Shown here one piece after another: positions 54,787 to 64,000 of a DNA stretch of 64,000 bases. Under the pieces are notes generated by a model. It did no database searches. It was given only the letters and a program-made list of their open reading frames with translations, and was not told the origin of the DNA. The first letter of the stretch is position 1. The number at the start of each line of letters is the position of its first letter. Made by a program: the position numbers and the translations under genes. The DNA comes from Dehalococcoidia bacterium (GTDB lineage: Bacteria; Chloroflexota; Dehalococcoidia; DSTF01; JALHUB01): NCBI GenBank assembly GCA_030018455.1, contig JASEFU010000007.1, positions 27,897-91,896 on the forward strand, read 5' to 3'.

Positions 54787-54954
54787 AACGCTTCGCCGTC
54801 GGCCTGCCGAGGGATAGCAGATCGATACACGGGCGGGAGAAAGAGCGTGTGACCGCGCCCGTCGGATGAACTTGAGGCGCCGGCGCAGAAATGCCCGTTC
54901 CTTTGGGACGCGGAGACGCTTGGACGGTAGCGCGTCTCAGGGTGCGAACAAGCG

Positions 54955-54978
54955 GGGAGGGCCGGTTTCGACCCTCCC
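54955..54978 (-). terminator. Hairpin (weak terminator) after thiolase copy 2
   Basis: GGGAGGG/CCCTCCC stem. On the minus strand it is followed by CGCTTGTTCG, a poor U-tract. It lies about 27 nt downstream of the stop at 55005. Confidence 0.4.
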
Positions 54979-55004
54979 GACGCTTCTTCGCGGTAGCGCC
55001 CGGG

Positions 55005-56258
55005 CTAGGCCCAGGGGTAGTCTTCGCGCTCCCAGGCGGCGGCGTAGCCCATGCCCATCCCCTGGCAGAGCGTGGTGAGCGCCCAGCGGCCGCCGTTCTC
55101 CCGCAACTGGAAGCCGGCGGTCGTAATCAGGCGGGCGCCGGTGGCCCCTAGCGGGTGGCCGATGGCAATGGCGCCGCCCCACGGGTTTATCTTCTCGACC
55201 ACCTTGTCCGATGCTTTGAGTTCCCGGATCCAGTAGTTGATGACGCAGGAGAACGCTTCGTTGAGCTCGATGACGTCGAAGTCCTCAAGCTTCATTCCCG
55301 TGCGCTTCAGCAGCTTGTCCGTCGCCCACGTCGGCCCGATGCCCATAACGTCGGGGTCGACGCCGATGGTGGCGCAATGGCGGAAGGTGAGCAGCGGCTT
55401 CCAGCCCCGCTCCTTCGCGACCTCCTTGCTGGTGACCAGGCACATTGTCGTGCCGTCGTTGCGGGGGCAAGAGTTGCCGGCCGTCACTTTGCCTTCCGGG
55501 GACAGGATCGGCCGGAGCTGTTGCAGCGCTTCGAGGCTGGTCTCGCGGCGCGGCCCCTGGTCCTTCGAGATCGTCTCGCTCGTGCCGTCGGTGTACTTGA
55601 TGGTGATCGGCACTATCTCATGGCGGAACTTATCGGCGTCCTGGGCCGCCACCGCCAGTTGCTGGCTGCGCAGCGCCCACTCGTCTGCCTCCTCCCGCGT
55701 GATGTTGTAGCGCGCGTGGAGGTTCTCGGCCGTCCAGAGCATGTTAATGAGCTGCGGGTTCTTGATGGTGAACCACCAGGGCAGCCGCTCCGCTTCCTTC
55801 CAGTCCGGCGGGTAGGGCATGTCGGACTGGGGAGGCAGGATGTTCGGCGGCGGCGGCGCCTGACCCGCCATCTCTTCCGGCGTCACCACGCCCGTGCGGT
55901 CCATCGTCTCGATGCCACCCGCGAGGACGATATCGGCGGTGCCCGACATCACGCGCTCGCAGGCGGTGACGACCGTGTGGAGCGCGCTCGCGCACTGCGT
56001 GTTGATGTCGACGCCCCAAATGCTGTCCGGCAGGCCCGACTCCCAGAGGTAGGCGCGCGCCTTGGTAAGGGGGTTGACGTAGCCCGCCGAGCCGATGTGC
56101 ATCTCGTCTACGTCTGTGGGGTCCAGGTTGTTGCGCTTCACGATCTCTTTGAGCAGCGGCACCATGAGGTCGACGTGCGTGATGGCGCGGAACATGCCCC
56201 GCCTTCCCGCGCGGCCGAAGGGTGTCCGCACCCCGTCAACGACTACTGCTTCTCGCAT
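55005..56258 (-). CDS. Thiolase, copy 2 (tandem paralogue)
   Basis: 417 aa, colinear with copy 1 with no indels by eye. It shares the same catalytic motifs (NTQCASAL, GNSCPRNDG, GHPLGATG, LCQGMGMG). The 3' ends are near-identical at the DNA level. Confidence 0.85.
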   Translation of the reverse strand: MREAVVVDGVRTPFGRAGRRGMFRAITHVDLMVPLLKEIVKRNNLDPTDVDEMHIGSAGYVNPLTKARAYLWESGLPDSIWGVDINTQCASALHTVVTACERVMSGTADIVLAGGIETMDRTGVVTPEEMAGQAPPPPNILPPQSDMPYPPDWKEAERLPWWFTIKNPQLINMLWTAENLHARYNITREEADEWALRSQQLAVAAQDADKFRHEIVPITIKYTDGTSETISKDQGPRRETSLEALQQLRPILSPEGKVTAGNSCPRNDGTTMCLVTSKEVAKERGWKPLLTFRHCATIGVDPDVMGIGPTWATDKLLKRTGMKLEDFDVIELNEAFSCVINYWIRELKASDKVVEKINPWGGAIAIGHPLGATGARLITTAGFQLRENGGRWALTTLCQGMGMGYAAAWEREDYPWA

Positions 56259-56301
56259 CGATTATCGCTCCCTTCTCTTTCGCCGGTCTTTCAGCCCTGT
56301 G

Positions 56302-56331
56302 AGAATACTCGTGATTCCGGTTAGTGGTCAA
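56302..56331 (-). promoter_or_regulatory. Candidate promoter of thiolase copy 2 (TTGACC-18 nt-TATTCT)
   Basis: On the minus strand the -35 is at 56331-56326 and the -10 at 56307-56302. The -35 is embedded in the inverted repeat ACCGGTgttgaccactAACCGG. Confidence 0.45.
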
Positions 56332-56604
56332 CACCGGTTTCCAGGCAGGCGGCGATCGCTGAGAAGGAATTGTCTGAAGGCACAACCGCAGCCTGGGGGC
56401 GGCGTCATGGAAAGGCAACTGTGGCTTATGCCTGCGAACCGGGCGTTTTTCGGGCCCGCAGAACGCGGTCGACGCCGTGCCCTTTGGGGCGCGGTGTGGA
56501 GCGGCTAAACATAGAAGGGGCCGCAGCCGGAAACGTCTGCCTGCCTCGGGTTGAGGGGTCTGCCGTCAACCGCCGCGCTCGAATGAAGGTCCGGCGCACG
56601 CCAG

Positions 56605-57090
56605 CTATCGCGGCCCCAGGCCGACGATCTCGCCCCGGACGCTGTCGCCATCGATGTGCAGCAGCCCGACCGTTGGCTCCTCCGAAAGATACGTCCGGCC
56701 GGCGGAACCGGGGTTGAGGCGGAGGTACTTCTCGTTGTTCCGGATGAGCGGCTCGTGCGAGTGGCCGTGCACCAGCACCTTGACTTCCGGGCCTGCCTTG
56801 CTGTCGTCGAAGCGGTGCACCAGGTGAATGTTGCAGCCCTCAAAGCAGAGGTCGTGGTGGGTCGCGAGAAGGGTGAAGACCGGCGCCCGGTCGGCGTTGC
56901 CGCGGACGGCGGTGACCGGCGCCAGCTTCTCGAGCTCGCGGATAATATCCATGCTGCCGATGTCGCCGGCGTGGAGGATGTGATCGACTCCGGCGAAGGC
57001 TTCGCGAATGCGGTCGTCGAAGTAGCCGTGCGTGTCCGATATCAGGCCGATGAGCAAGAGGGCACCTTCATCTCCGGCAAACGAGGCCAC
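56605..57090 (-). CDS. Metallophosphoesterase, YfcE/MJ0936 family
   Basis: 161 aa. It contains ISDTHG, HAGDIGS, RGNADR, VHGHSH and NPGS motifs. Confidence 0.8.
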   Translation of the reverse strand: MASFAGDEGALLLIGLISDTHGYFDDRIREAFAGVDHILHAGDIGSMDIIRELEKLAPVTAVRGNADRAPVFTLLATHHDLCFEGCNIHLVHRFDDSKAGPEVKVLVHGHSHEPLIRNNEKYLRLNPGSAGRTYLSEEPTVGLLHIDGDSVRGEIVGLGPR

Positions 57091-57172
57091 ACCGAGAATA
57101 ATCGAAGCGGGCGCGAAAACAAAAGGGGTTACCTGGTTGCTCTGACAGCGGCTGTGATAGAATTAGGCACCC

Positions 57173-57610
57173 ATGACTTCGCTCGCCGTCGGCGTTGATA
57201 TGGTCGAGATCGACCGCATACGCGGCGTCCTCGAGCGCCACGGCGACCGCTTTCGCGCCCGCATCTTCACCGCCGCCGAACTGGCCGTCTCCCGCGACCG
57301 CCCGCACCAGCTCGCCGCCCGCTTCGCCGCCAAGGAGGCGACGATGAAGGCGCTGGGCACCGGCGTCCGCGGCGTCGGCTGGCGCGATATCGAGGTCCTC
57401 CCCAACGAGCGCGGCAAGCCGCTCCTCTTCCTTGCGAGCCGGGCGCGCAGGCGGGCGCGCGCTATCGGCCTCACGTCGCTGGAGGTGAGCCTGACGCATT
57501 CGCGGGAGTACGCCATCGCCACGGTCGTCGGACTGCAGCGCAAATCGGACGATCCGCAGGCCGAGCGCAGACGGTTGCTGCGCCGTCTTCGAGAAGGGGG
57601 CTTTCTATGA
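57173..57610 (+). CDS. acpS: Holo-[acyl-carrier-protein] synthase (4'-phosphopantetheinyl transferase)
   Basis: 145 aa. It contains VGVDMVEIDRI, FTAAE, FAAKEATMKALGTG, W.DIEV and ERGKP. Confidence 0.85.
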   Translation: MTSLAVGVDMVEIDRIRGVLERHGDRFRARIFTAAELAVSRDRPHQLAARFAAKEATMKALGTGVRGVGWRDIEVLPNERGKPLLFLASRARRRARAIGLTSLEVSLTHSREYAIATVVGLQRKSDDPQAERRRLLRRLREGGFL

Positions 57611-59157
57611 AGCTTGTAACCGCCGACCAGATGCGCCATCTCGACCAGCAGGCCGTGAAGGCAGGGATTCCCCTCGAGCAGTTGATGGAGAAAGCTGGCC
57701 TGGGGGCGGCCCAGTACGTGCGCAAGATGCTGGGAAACGTGCGCGGACGCCGCATCCTCGTCCTCGCCGGGCCGGGGAACAACGGCGGCGACGGCCTTGT
57801 CGCCGCCCGTCACCTGCACGACTGGGGAGCGGAGGTGCGCGTCTACCTCCTCGCCAGGCGTCGAAGCGACGAGAACAACTACCTCGAACTCGTCAAGCGC
57901 GAGCTCGACATGGCCAACGCCGAAGACGACGCCTCGTTCGCCGCCCTCGACCGCTTTCTCTCCGACGCCGAGCTCGTGCTCGACGCCCTGCTCGGGATCG
58001 GCGTGCAGCGGCCCGTCGAGGCCAACCTCGCGACCATCCTCAACCGGCTGCGCAAGGCGCGCGAAGGACGGCAGCCGCCGCGGCTCGTCGCCGTGGACGT
58101 GCCGACCGGCCTTAACTCCGACACCGGCGCCGTCGACCCCCACTGCGTCGCCGCCGACGCCACCGTCACCTTCGGCCTGTCGAAGGTCGGCCTTCACACG
58201 CTTCCCGGGTCGCGCTACGCCGGCCACGTCGAGGTCGTCGACATCGGCATACCGGCGGCGGCGACGGCGGCCGTCAAGGTCGAGCTCCTGACGCCCGAGT
58301 GGGTGGCAGGCGTGCTCCCGGCCCGTCCCCCCGACGCCAACAAGGGCACGTTCGGGCGGGTGCTGGTCGTCGGCGGCTCGGAGAACTTCGTCGGCGCCGT
58401 GCGGCTCGCCGCGGCGGGCGCGTCGCGCGTGGGCGCGGGCATCGTAACCGTCGCCTGTCCGCGCAGCATCTACGGCATGGTCGCCGCCGGCCTGACGGAG
58501 GCGACGTACCTCCCGCTTGCCGAAAAGGACGGCGGCATATCCGAGCGGGCGACCTCGAGCGTGCTCGACCTCCTCGGCGATTTCGACGCCCTCCTCCTCG
58601 GGTGCGGTCTCGGGCGGCGCGCCGCGACGATGGCTTTCGTCCGTTCGCTCCTCTTCTCGTTAAAGGAAGGCACGCGGCTGGGCATCGTCCTCGACGCCGA
58701 CGGGCTGAACATCCTTGCCGGAACGCCGAACTGGCCGGCGCAGATAAACGTCCCCATGATCATGACGCCGCACCCGGGCGAGCTGCGACGCCTGACGGGC
58801 CGCCCCATCCCGGAAATTCAGTCCGACCGGCTCGGCGCGGCCATGCGTTACGCCTCCGAGTGGAACCAGGAGATCGTGCTGAAGGGCGCCCACACGGTCG
58901 TTGCGGCGCCGGACGAGCGCGCGGCCGTGAGCCCGTTCGCGAACCCGGCGCTCGCCACCGCTGGCACGGGCGACGTCCTCGCCGGGGCAATCGCCGGCCT
59001 CCTCGCGCAGGGACTGGGGCGTTTCGAGGCCGCTGCCTGCGGCGTCTATCTGCACGCGGCCGCCGGTGAGCGCGTACGCGAGATGCTGGGCGAAACGGGC
59101 GCCGTCGCCGGCGACCTCCTGCCGGAGCTCCCGCTGGTGATGAAGGGGCTCCGATGA
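57607..59157 (+). CDS. nnr: Bifunctional NAD(P)H-hydrate repair enzyme Nnr (epimerase + ADP-dependent dehydratase)
   Basis: 516 aa. The N-terminal YjeF_N region shows GPGNNGGDGLVAARHL. The C-terminal carbohydrate-kinase-like region shows KGTFGRVLVVGGS, TPHPGE and ATAGTGDVLAG. It overlaps acpS by 4 nt. Confidence 0.9.
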   Translation: MKLVTADQMRHLDQQAVKAGIPLEQLMEKAGLGAAQYVRKMLGNVRGRRILVLAGPGNNGGDGLVAARHLHDWGAEVRVYLLARRRSDENNYLELVKRELDMANAEDDASFAALDRFLSDAELVLDALLGIGVQRPVEANLATILNRLRKAREGRQPPRLVAVDVPTGLNSDTGAVDPHCVAADATVTFGLSKVGLHTLPGSRYAGHVEVVDIGIPAAATAAVKVELLTPEWVAGVLPARPPDANKGTFGRVLVVGGSENFVGAVRLAAAGASRVGAGIVTVACPRSIYGMVAAGLTEATYLPLAEKDGGISERATSSVLDLLGDFDALLLGCGLGRRAATMAFVRSLLFSLKEGTRLGIVLDADGLNILAGTPNWPAQINVPMIMTPHPGELRRLTGRPIPEIQSDRLGAAMRYASEWNQEIVLKGAHTVVAAPDERAAVSPFANPALATAGTGDVLAGAIAGLLAQGLGRFEAAACGVYLHAAAGERVREMLGETGAVAGDLLPELPLVMKGLR

Positions 59158-60827
59158 GGATGAAGCGCCGCTGGAGGATGCGGGAAAGCGGCTGCGAAGG
59201 CGCGCTCGACGGCTCCCCTTACCCCCCGCTCGTCCGGCGCGTCCTGGAAGCGCGCGGCATCGCCGGCGCCGCAGACGCCCGCGCCTTCTTTGACGGCGGG
59301 GCAGAAAGCGATGTCCCCGCGCTCCCCGACCTCGATAAAGCGGTGGCGCGGCTCGCGGAGGCCGCCCGCGCTGGCGAGACCGTCGCCGTCTTCGGCGACT
59401 TCGATGTCGATGGCTTGACCGCCGCCGCCATCCTCATCGAGGCGCTGGCCGCCCTTGGGGCGAACGTCATCTCCTACGTCCCCGACCGCTTCCTCGAGGG
59501 GTACGGCCTGAACACGGGGGCGATATCGCGGCTTCACAGAGAGGGCGCGACCCTGCTGCTCGCCGTCGACTGCGGCACAAGCTCCGTCGAAGAAGTGGCG
59601 CACGCACGCGACTGCGGCATGGACGTCGTCATCGTCGACCACCACGTGCCGCCGGCGCTTCTCCCCGACGCGCTCGCCATCGTGAATCCGAAAGTCGATT
59701 CCAGCTCACTTTACGAGGGTCTCGCTTCCGCCGGGCTCGCCTATTTCCTTGCCTCCGCGCTCTGCGACGCCTCGGGCCGTCCCTTTCCCCCCGAAAGCTG
59801 CCTCGACCTCGCCGCCCTGGGCACCGTCGTCGACATGGCGCCGCTTACCGGCGTCAACCGCGACCTGGCGCGAAGGGGCGTCGAGGCGCTGCGGCGGACG
59901 GAGCGCTGCGGGCTGCAGGCGCTGATGGAGGTGGCGCGCGTCGACGCTTCCACGCTGGACACGGAGGCCCTCTCGTTCATGCTCGGGCCGCGGCTCAACG
60001 CCGCCGGACGCGTTGCCCATGCCCGCCACGGTCTCGAACTGCTGCTCTGTCAGGACCGGGCGCGGGCGTGGAAGCTCGCGCGCGAGCTCGACGGGCTGAA
60101 CCGCGAGCGGCAGCGCCAGCAGGCAGCCGCCCTCGAAGTGGCGCGCCGTTTGCTTGACGAGCAAGACGCGGGGGCGCCGCTCGTCATGCTGGGCAGCGAG
60201 GCGATAGCCCCGGGCGTGGCGGGACTCGTCGCCTCGCGACTCGCCGAGGAGCTTTACCGGCCGTGCGTCGTCTACAGCCCCGATGGCGCCATCAGCCGCG
60301 CCAGTGCCCGCAGCATCGAAGAGTTCGATATCGCCGCTGCCCTGCGCGAGTGCGGCGACCTCTTTCTGCGCTCCGGCGGGCACCGGCAGGCGGGAGGCTT
60401 CACCGCTGAGAACGAGCGGCTGCCGGAGATACGGGAGCGGCTGGTGGCGTGCGCGCGCGAACGGCTGGCGGGGCTGGAGCTGACGCCGGTGATCGACGTC
60501 GACGCGGTGGCGCCGCTGGCGGACGTCGGCGGCGACGAGATACGGTGGCTTTCGCGCATGGCGCCGTTCGGCGTGGGCAACCCCGAGCCGGTGTTCTGGA
60601 GCCGCGGCGTCACGGTCGTCGAAGGGCGGACGGTGGGCGCGGACGACCAGCACCTGCGCCTGAAGCTAAAGGATGGCCGCGTTGTGTGGCCGGCGATCGG
60701 CTTCGGGCTGGGGGACGCGCCGGTGCGCGCGGGGTCGAAGGTCGATATCGTCTACTCGATTGGCTCAGACCGCGGGGGCTACGGCTCCCTCCAACTCCTC
60801 CTCCACGACCTCGCCATTTCCTCGTAG
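59154..60827 (+). CDS. recJ: Single-stranded-DNA-specific exonuclease RecJ
   Basis: 557 aa. The DHH motifs are FGDFDVDGLTA, VDCG and IVDHH. A DHHA1 region (GGHRQAGG) and a C-terminal OB-like domain follow. It overlaps nnr by 4 nt. Confidence 0.9.
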   Translation: MRMKRRWRMRESGCEGALDGSPYPPLVRRVLEARGIAGAADARAFFDGGAESDVPALPDLDKAVARLAEAARAGETVAVFGDFDVDGLTAAAILIEALAALGANVISYVPDRFLEGYGLNTGAISRLHREGATLLLAVDCGTSSVEEVAHARDCGMDVVIVDHHVPPALLPDALAIVNPKVDSSSLYEGLASAGLAYFLASALCDASGRPFPPESCLDLAALGTVVDMAPLTGVNRDLARRGVEALRRTERCGLQALMEVARVDASTLDTEALSFMLGPRLNAAGRVAHARHGLELLLCQDRARAWKLARELDGLNRERQRQQAAALEVARRLLDEQDAGAPLVMLGSEAIAPGVAGLVASRLAEELYRPCVVYSPDGAISRASARSIEEFDIAAALRECGDLFLRSGGHRQAGGFTAENERLPEIRERLVACARERLAGLELTPVIDVDAVAPLADVGGDEIRWLSRMAPFGVGNPEPVFWSRGVTVVEGRTVGADDQHLRLKLKDGRVVWPAIGFGLGDAPVRAGSKVDIVYSIGSDRGGYGSLQLLLHDLAISS

Positions 60828-60843
60828 GCCGCCAGCCGGAGCC

Positions 60844-60978
60844 TCCGGGGAGTGCAGAGGGGCGTCCCCTCTGCCGGGCCTGCCTGCCGGTAGGCGGGGG
60901 TCGCAAAGGATCTCCCCCCGATTGCCCACAGACAAGACTGGGTGGGAGGGTGGGCAGAACCACCCTTCGCTTGCGGGT
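60844..60978 (+). repeat. Structured intergenic repeat, copy B, contains G-quadruplex motif GGGTGGGAGGGTGGG
   Basis: It is homologous to 29404-29540 (see copy A). The G4 motif is at 60940-60954. It fills the convergent gap between recJ and the hydrolase gene. Confidence 0.7.
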
Positions 60979-60984
60979 CGTCGA

Positions 60985-61845
60985 TCAGGCAGAGAGCCGG
61001 GAGAGGAGATCGCGGACGGCGCGGATGACGGCGTCAGGACGCTCCATCGGCACGTGGTGCGACGCGTCCGGCAGCGGACGGTCCTCCCCCTGCGGCAACC
61101 ACCCTGCCAGCTCCGGCGCCGTCGTCGACGCAAACCCCTCCTTCGACGTCCCCCGCAGCACGATCGCCGGCACGTCCGCGTGCGCTATCTCCGGCCACAG
61201 GTCGTAGGAGAGCGTCTGCCGGTAGATCTCCACTTCCGTCTCCGGCGGGCACTTGAGCGTCACCTCGCCGTCGTCCGTCTCGCGCACGGCCTCCTGCACG
61301 AAGAGGTCGAAGAACTCCGGCCGCCAGCGCGAATACGGCACGCGGCCCGAAAGCGACTCCCGCATCGCCTCCCGCGACGGCCACGAACGACGCCGCTTCC
61401 TCGCGCCGTAGAAGTCGCTCTGCTCGGCCACCTCCGGCCTTGCGTAGAACGCCTGCTTGAGGATGACGGGGTCGGCGAGGACGATGCCTCGCACAAGCGG
61501 CGGGTAGCGCGCGGCGCAGATGGCCGAGAAGGCGCCCCCCATCGAGTGGCCGACGAGCACGTACGGGCCGAGGTCGAGCGCCCGCATCGTCCCGCCGACG
61601 TAGTCGGCAAGCGCGCTCCAGTTATAGCCGGGCGCAGGCTCGCTGTCGCCGCAGCCCGGCAGGTCGAGGGCGAGGACACGCGCGGGCTCCTCCCGCAGGA
61701 CGACGGCGATGGGGTGCCACAGAGCGGCCAGGTAGCCGTTTGCGTGAACGCAGAGGATGGTCTGGCCTTCGCCGCCCCAATCGAGCAGGTGGAGGCGGAT
61801 GCCGTTTACGTCCAGAAAGAGGTCGGTAGCTCCCGCTGGGGTCAT
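60985..61845 (-). CDS. Alpha/beta-fold hydrolase
   Basis: 286 aa. It has HANGY (an oxyanion region), the nucleophile elbow GHSMGG, and a C-terminal His region (DASHHVPME). Confidence 0.8.
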   Translation of the reverse strand: MTPAGATDLFLDVNGIRLHLLDWGGEGQTILCVHANGYLAALWHPIAVVLREEPARVLALDLPGCGDSEPAPGYNWSALADYVGGTMRALDLGPYVLVGHSMGGAFSAICAARYPPLVRGIVLADPVILKQAFYARPEVAEQSDFYGARKRRRSWPSREAMRESLSGRVPYSRWRPEFFDLFVQEAVRETDDGEVTLKCPPETEVEIYRQTLSYDLWPEIAHADVPAIVLRGTSKEGFASTTAPELAGWLPQGEDRPLPDASHHVPMERPDAVIRAVRDLLSRLSA

Positions 61846-62079
61846 TCTCGGTCCTTTGAGGTCATCATGAGTCTAAGAAAGCGAAAGGCCGTGGTCAACA
61901 GCAGACGTATCAGAGAGCGGCATGCCTCTCCGCGGGTGCGTCCATGTAGTTGGGGAGTAGGACACGTAGCTGCCGCAGCGGGCGCAGTCGCTGCGTCCCT
62001 CCGCCTTGTCTTTGCTCATGGCGCGCCTCGATAGGGGTCTGGAAACCGGCTGGAGTCTAGATGTCGCGGCGCTGAGAGG

Positions 62080-62946
62080 TCAATCGTGGACTTCGACGCG
62101 CATGCCCGGCGCGCCGAAAAGCCAGAAGTACTGCGCGTCGTGGAGCTGGAGTCCCACGCAGCCGTGGCTCGTCGGCGTGCTGCCGAACACGGATTCCGGA
62201 CGCCAGTAGTTGAGGTGAATGGCGTTGCCGTAGCGGTCGAAGTACTGCGTGAAGAGGACGCGCTCGACGTCGTATTGCGCCTGACCGGGCGGGTACCCCG
62301 CCTGCGCCGCCGTCATGCGCTCCACCGCGATGCGGCCGTCAGGCTGGATCACGTGCGACCCCTTAGGAGTGGGGAAGTCGGGGCTGCCGGTGGTGGCGAG
62401 GGCGACGTGAATTGCAGTGTCGCCGATCATCGCCGCCGCCGTCTGCGTCGACAGATTGATGTCGATCCACTTCTCCTGACCCTGCGGGTCGATGAGGGGC
62501 GACGTCTCGTCGGGGCCGAGGCGGAACACAAAGGCGCCGAACACGTAGCTGCCGTCGTCGAGCTGGAGCCATTCGCTTGCCCACGCCGGCGTGCTCGACA
62601 CCCACGTCTGGCTGCCCACGAGCCAGTTCTCGCCCTGCACTGCGGCGACGACGTTCACCGTTTCGCCGTCCTGTCGCACTCCAACCTCCGGGTTGGCCGT
62701 CGAGGGGTCGCCGCGCGTCCGCACCTCGCCGCCGATGATTATCGCCGCGCCCGGGGCAATCGAGGGCGTGGGCGTGGGAACGGGGGTAGGCTCCTGGGTC
62801 GGCAGCGGCGGGCGAGTGGGGGTGACTGTGGGGGTGAGCGTGGGCGTGGGCGCAGGATCCCCGTTGATCATCTCACAGCCGTTGGAGACAAGAAGGCCGA
62901 AAAGCACCCCGCCCAGGAGCGCCACGCCCAGCACGAGAACCCTCAC
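62080..62946 (-). CDS. L,D-transpeptidase (YkuD domain) with N-terminal TM anchor and Pro/Thr-rich linker
   Basis: 288 aa. It has the TM helix MRVLVLGVALLGGVLFGLLV, a PTPTLTPTVTPTRPPLPTQEPTPVPTPTP linker, and the catalytic motif TSHGCVGL near the C-terminus. Confidence 0.85.
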   Translation of the reverse strand: MRVLVLGVALLGGVLFGLLVSNGCEMINGDPAPTPTLTPTVTPTRPPLPTQEPTPVPTPTPSIAPGAAIIIGGEVRTRGDPSTANPEVGVRQDGETVNVVAAVQGENWLVGSQTWVSSTPAWASEWLQLDDGSYVFGAFVFRLGPDETSPLIDPQGQEKWIDINLSTQTAAAMIGDTAIHVALATTGSPDFPTPKGSHVIQPDGRIAVERMTAAQAGYPPGQAQYDVERVLFTQYFDRYGNAIHLNYWRPESVFGSTPTSHGCVGLQLHDAQYFWLFGAPGMRVEVHD

Positions 62947-62976
62947 GCCGCTCTCCCTTCTGCCCTTCTTCCTGCC

Positions 62977-63393
62977 CTACTCGCCGATGATCTGCGCGAT
63001 GACCTCGCGGCGCCTTGGTCGTATGTCGAAGTCCAGATGTACTATCTGTTGCCATGTGCCTAAGGTCAAGGCGCCCCGCACGAAAGGCACCGCCAGCGAC
63101 GGCCCGACGAGCGCCGCGCGCACGTGGCTGTGACCGTTGTTGTCGCCCCACCGCTCGTTGTGGCGGTAGTAGCGGTTCTGGGGGACGATCTCGTCGAACA
63201 CCTGGTTGAGGTCGGCGACAGCGCCCGGCTCGTACTCGATAGTCGTCAGCCCGCAGGTCGAGCCCGGGCAGAACAGCGTGACGACGCCGGAACTCACGCC
63301 CGATTCCGCGACCGCCCTGGCGACGGCGTCCGTGATGTCGCTGGCGTCGCCGTTGCCCCTGGTCTGCAGCGATATGCTCTTGCTAACAACCAT
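62977..63393 (-). CDS. yjbQ: YjbQ/UPF0047 family protein (secondary thiamine-phosphate synthase-like)
   Basis: 138 aa. It contains DITDAV..., VTLFCPGSTCGLTTIEYEPG, NGHSHVRAALVGPS and GTWQQIVHLDFD. Confidence 0.8.
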   Translation of the reverse strand: MVVSKSISLQTRGNGDASDITDAVARAVAESGVSSGVVTLFCPGSTCGLTTIEYEPGAVADLNQVFDEIVPQNRYYRHNERWGDNNGHSHVRAALVGPSLAVPFVRGALTLGTWQQIVHLDFDIRPRRREVIAQIIGE

Positions 63394-63553
63394 CTTGCGC
63401 TCCTTCGGGGGTGATGCCTCATTATAGCGCCGCGGAGATGCTCCTTTCCGCGCCGCTGCTTGTGATGCCGCACGACGTCGACGGCGCCATCGACGCGGAT
63501 TGCCCGCTTCGCGCTGTCTCCGAGGGGCGTCCTTCGCCTAGAATGGGCATGGC

Positions 63554-64000
63554 ATGGTTGTTCCGCCCGACTCCGAAGTTTTCCTGCCCGAGAGCGACGC
63601 AGCCCGCGCGGAGAGCGATTGGGCGTGGATACGCCGTCCCATCGTGTCGCTCGGCTACCCGCAGTTCCGACTCTTCTGGTTCAGCAACCTGATTGTCGCT
63701 GTCGGCATCATGGTGCAGTTCACTGCCCAGGGTTGGCTCATCGTCCAGCTCACCGACTCGGCGCTGCTGCTGGGCGCCGTCGATGCCGTGTGGGCGGTGA
63801 CCTTCGGCCTGGGCTCGATACCGATGGGCATGCTCGCCGACCGCTTCAACCGGCGCAACCTCCTCATCCTTGGCAACGTCGTCGCGCTGACTACGGCGGT
63901 CACGATCGGCGTGCTCGTGGCCTTCGACCTTGTCGCCATCTGGCACCTGCTGCTGGTGTCGGGTGTCGGCGGCGTGCTCTTCGCCGTGCGTTTCCCCACC
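63554..64000 (+). CDS. MFS transporter (EntS/MFS_3-like), N-terminal part; runs off the right edge
   Basis: It is absent from the track because no stop lies in the window. Frame 2 from ATG 63554 reads MVVPPDSEVFLPESDAARAESDWAWIRRPIVSLGYPQFRLFWFSNLIVAVGIMVQFTAQGWLIVQLTDS...GMLADRFNRRNLLILG. Confidence 0.7.
   Translation, partial: MVVPPDSEVFLPESDAARAESDWAWIRRPIVSLGYPQFRLFWFSNLIVAVGIMVQFTAQGWLIVQLTDSALLLGAVDAVWAVTFGLGSIPMGMLADRFNRRNLLILGNVVALTTAVTIGVLVAFDLVAIWHLLLVSGVGGVLFAVRFPT

Noticed and set aside
57163-58227. 354-aa minus-strand ORF, and the 453-aa plus-strand ORF 60673..62034
   Set aside because: They are antisense to acpS/nnr and to the alpha/beta hydrolase respectively. They are low-complexity with no motifs.

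Overview
Visibly GC-rich, densely coding bacterial chromosomal segment. My lineage guess is Chloroflexota/Thermomicrobia- or Actinomycetota-like, and I cannot verify it. All family calls come from reading motifs in the translations; no searches were run.

Content from left to right:
- SDR and crotonase genes
- two tandem Eis-like GNAT genes
- a cell-envelope locus: three very large polytopic GT-C-type glycosyltransferase-like genes plus a secreted protein
- a two-repeat orphan CRISPR-like remnant next to tRNA-Pro(GGG)
- a group 3b (sulfhydrogenase-type) NiFe-hydrogenase operon
- a USP gene and a NarL-type response regulator with a GAF-PAS histidine kinase
- a Tat-exported selenocysteine formate dehydrogenase operon (fdhA-fdhB-nrfD-like-fdhE-fdhD)
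- cydAB, mfd and mobA
- an acyl-CoA dehydrogenase / DUF35 / thiolase operon
- nadABC with nrtR
- miaB, tRNA-Ser(GCU) and nth
- a selD (selenoprotein) - LprG-like - MFS operon
- lemA-htpX
- two tandem thiolase genes
- acpS-nnr-recJ
- housekeeping genes

I see no cas genes, integrases, transposases or recognisable defence genes, and no clear-cut novel multi-gene system.

The most unusual observations are:
- two in-frame UGA (Sec) genes that ORF callers would break
- selD translationally coupled to an LprG/P55-like lipoprotein-transporter pair
- a GT-C protein with an HPD-less J-domain-like loop
- a GT87-like/PAP2 fusion
- a structured ~135-bp intergenic repeat family with a conserved G-quadruplex motif
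- a cloverleaf-like palindromic element after mfd
- a duplicated htpX 3' end that differs only synonymously
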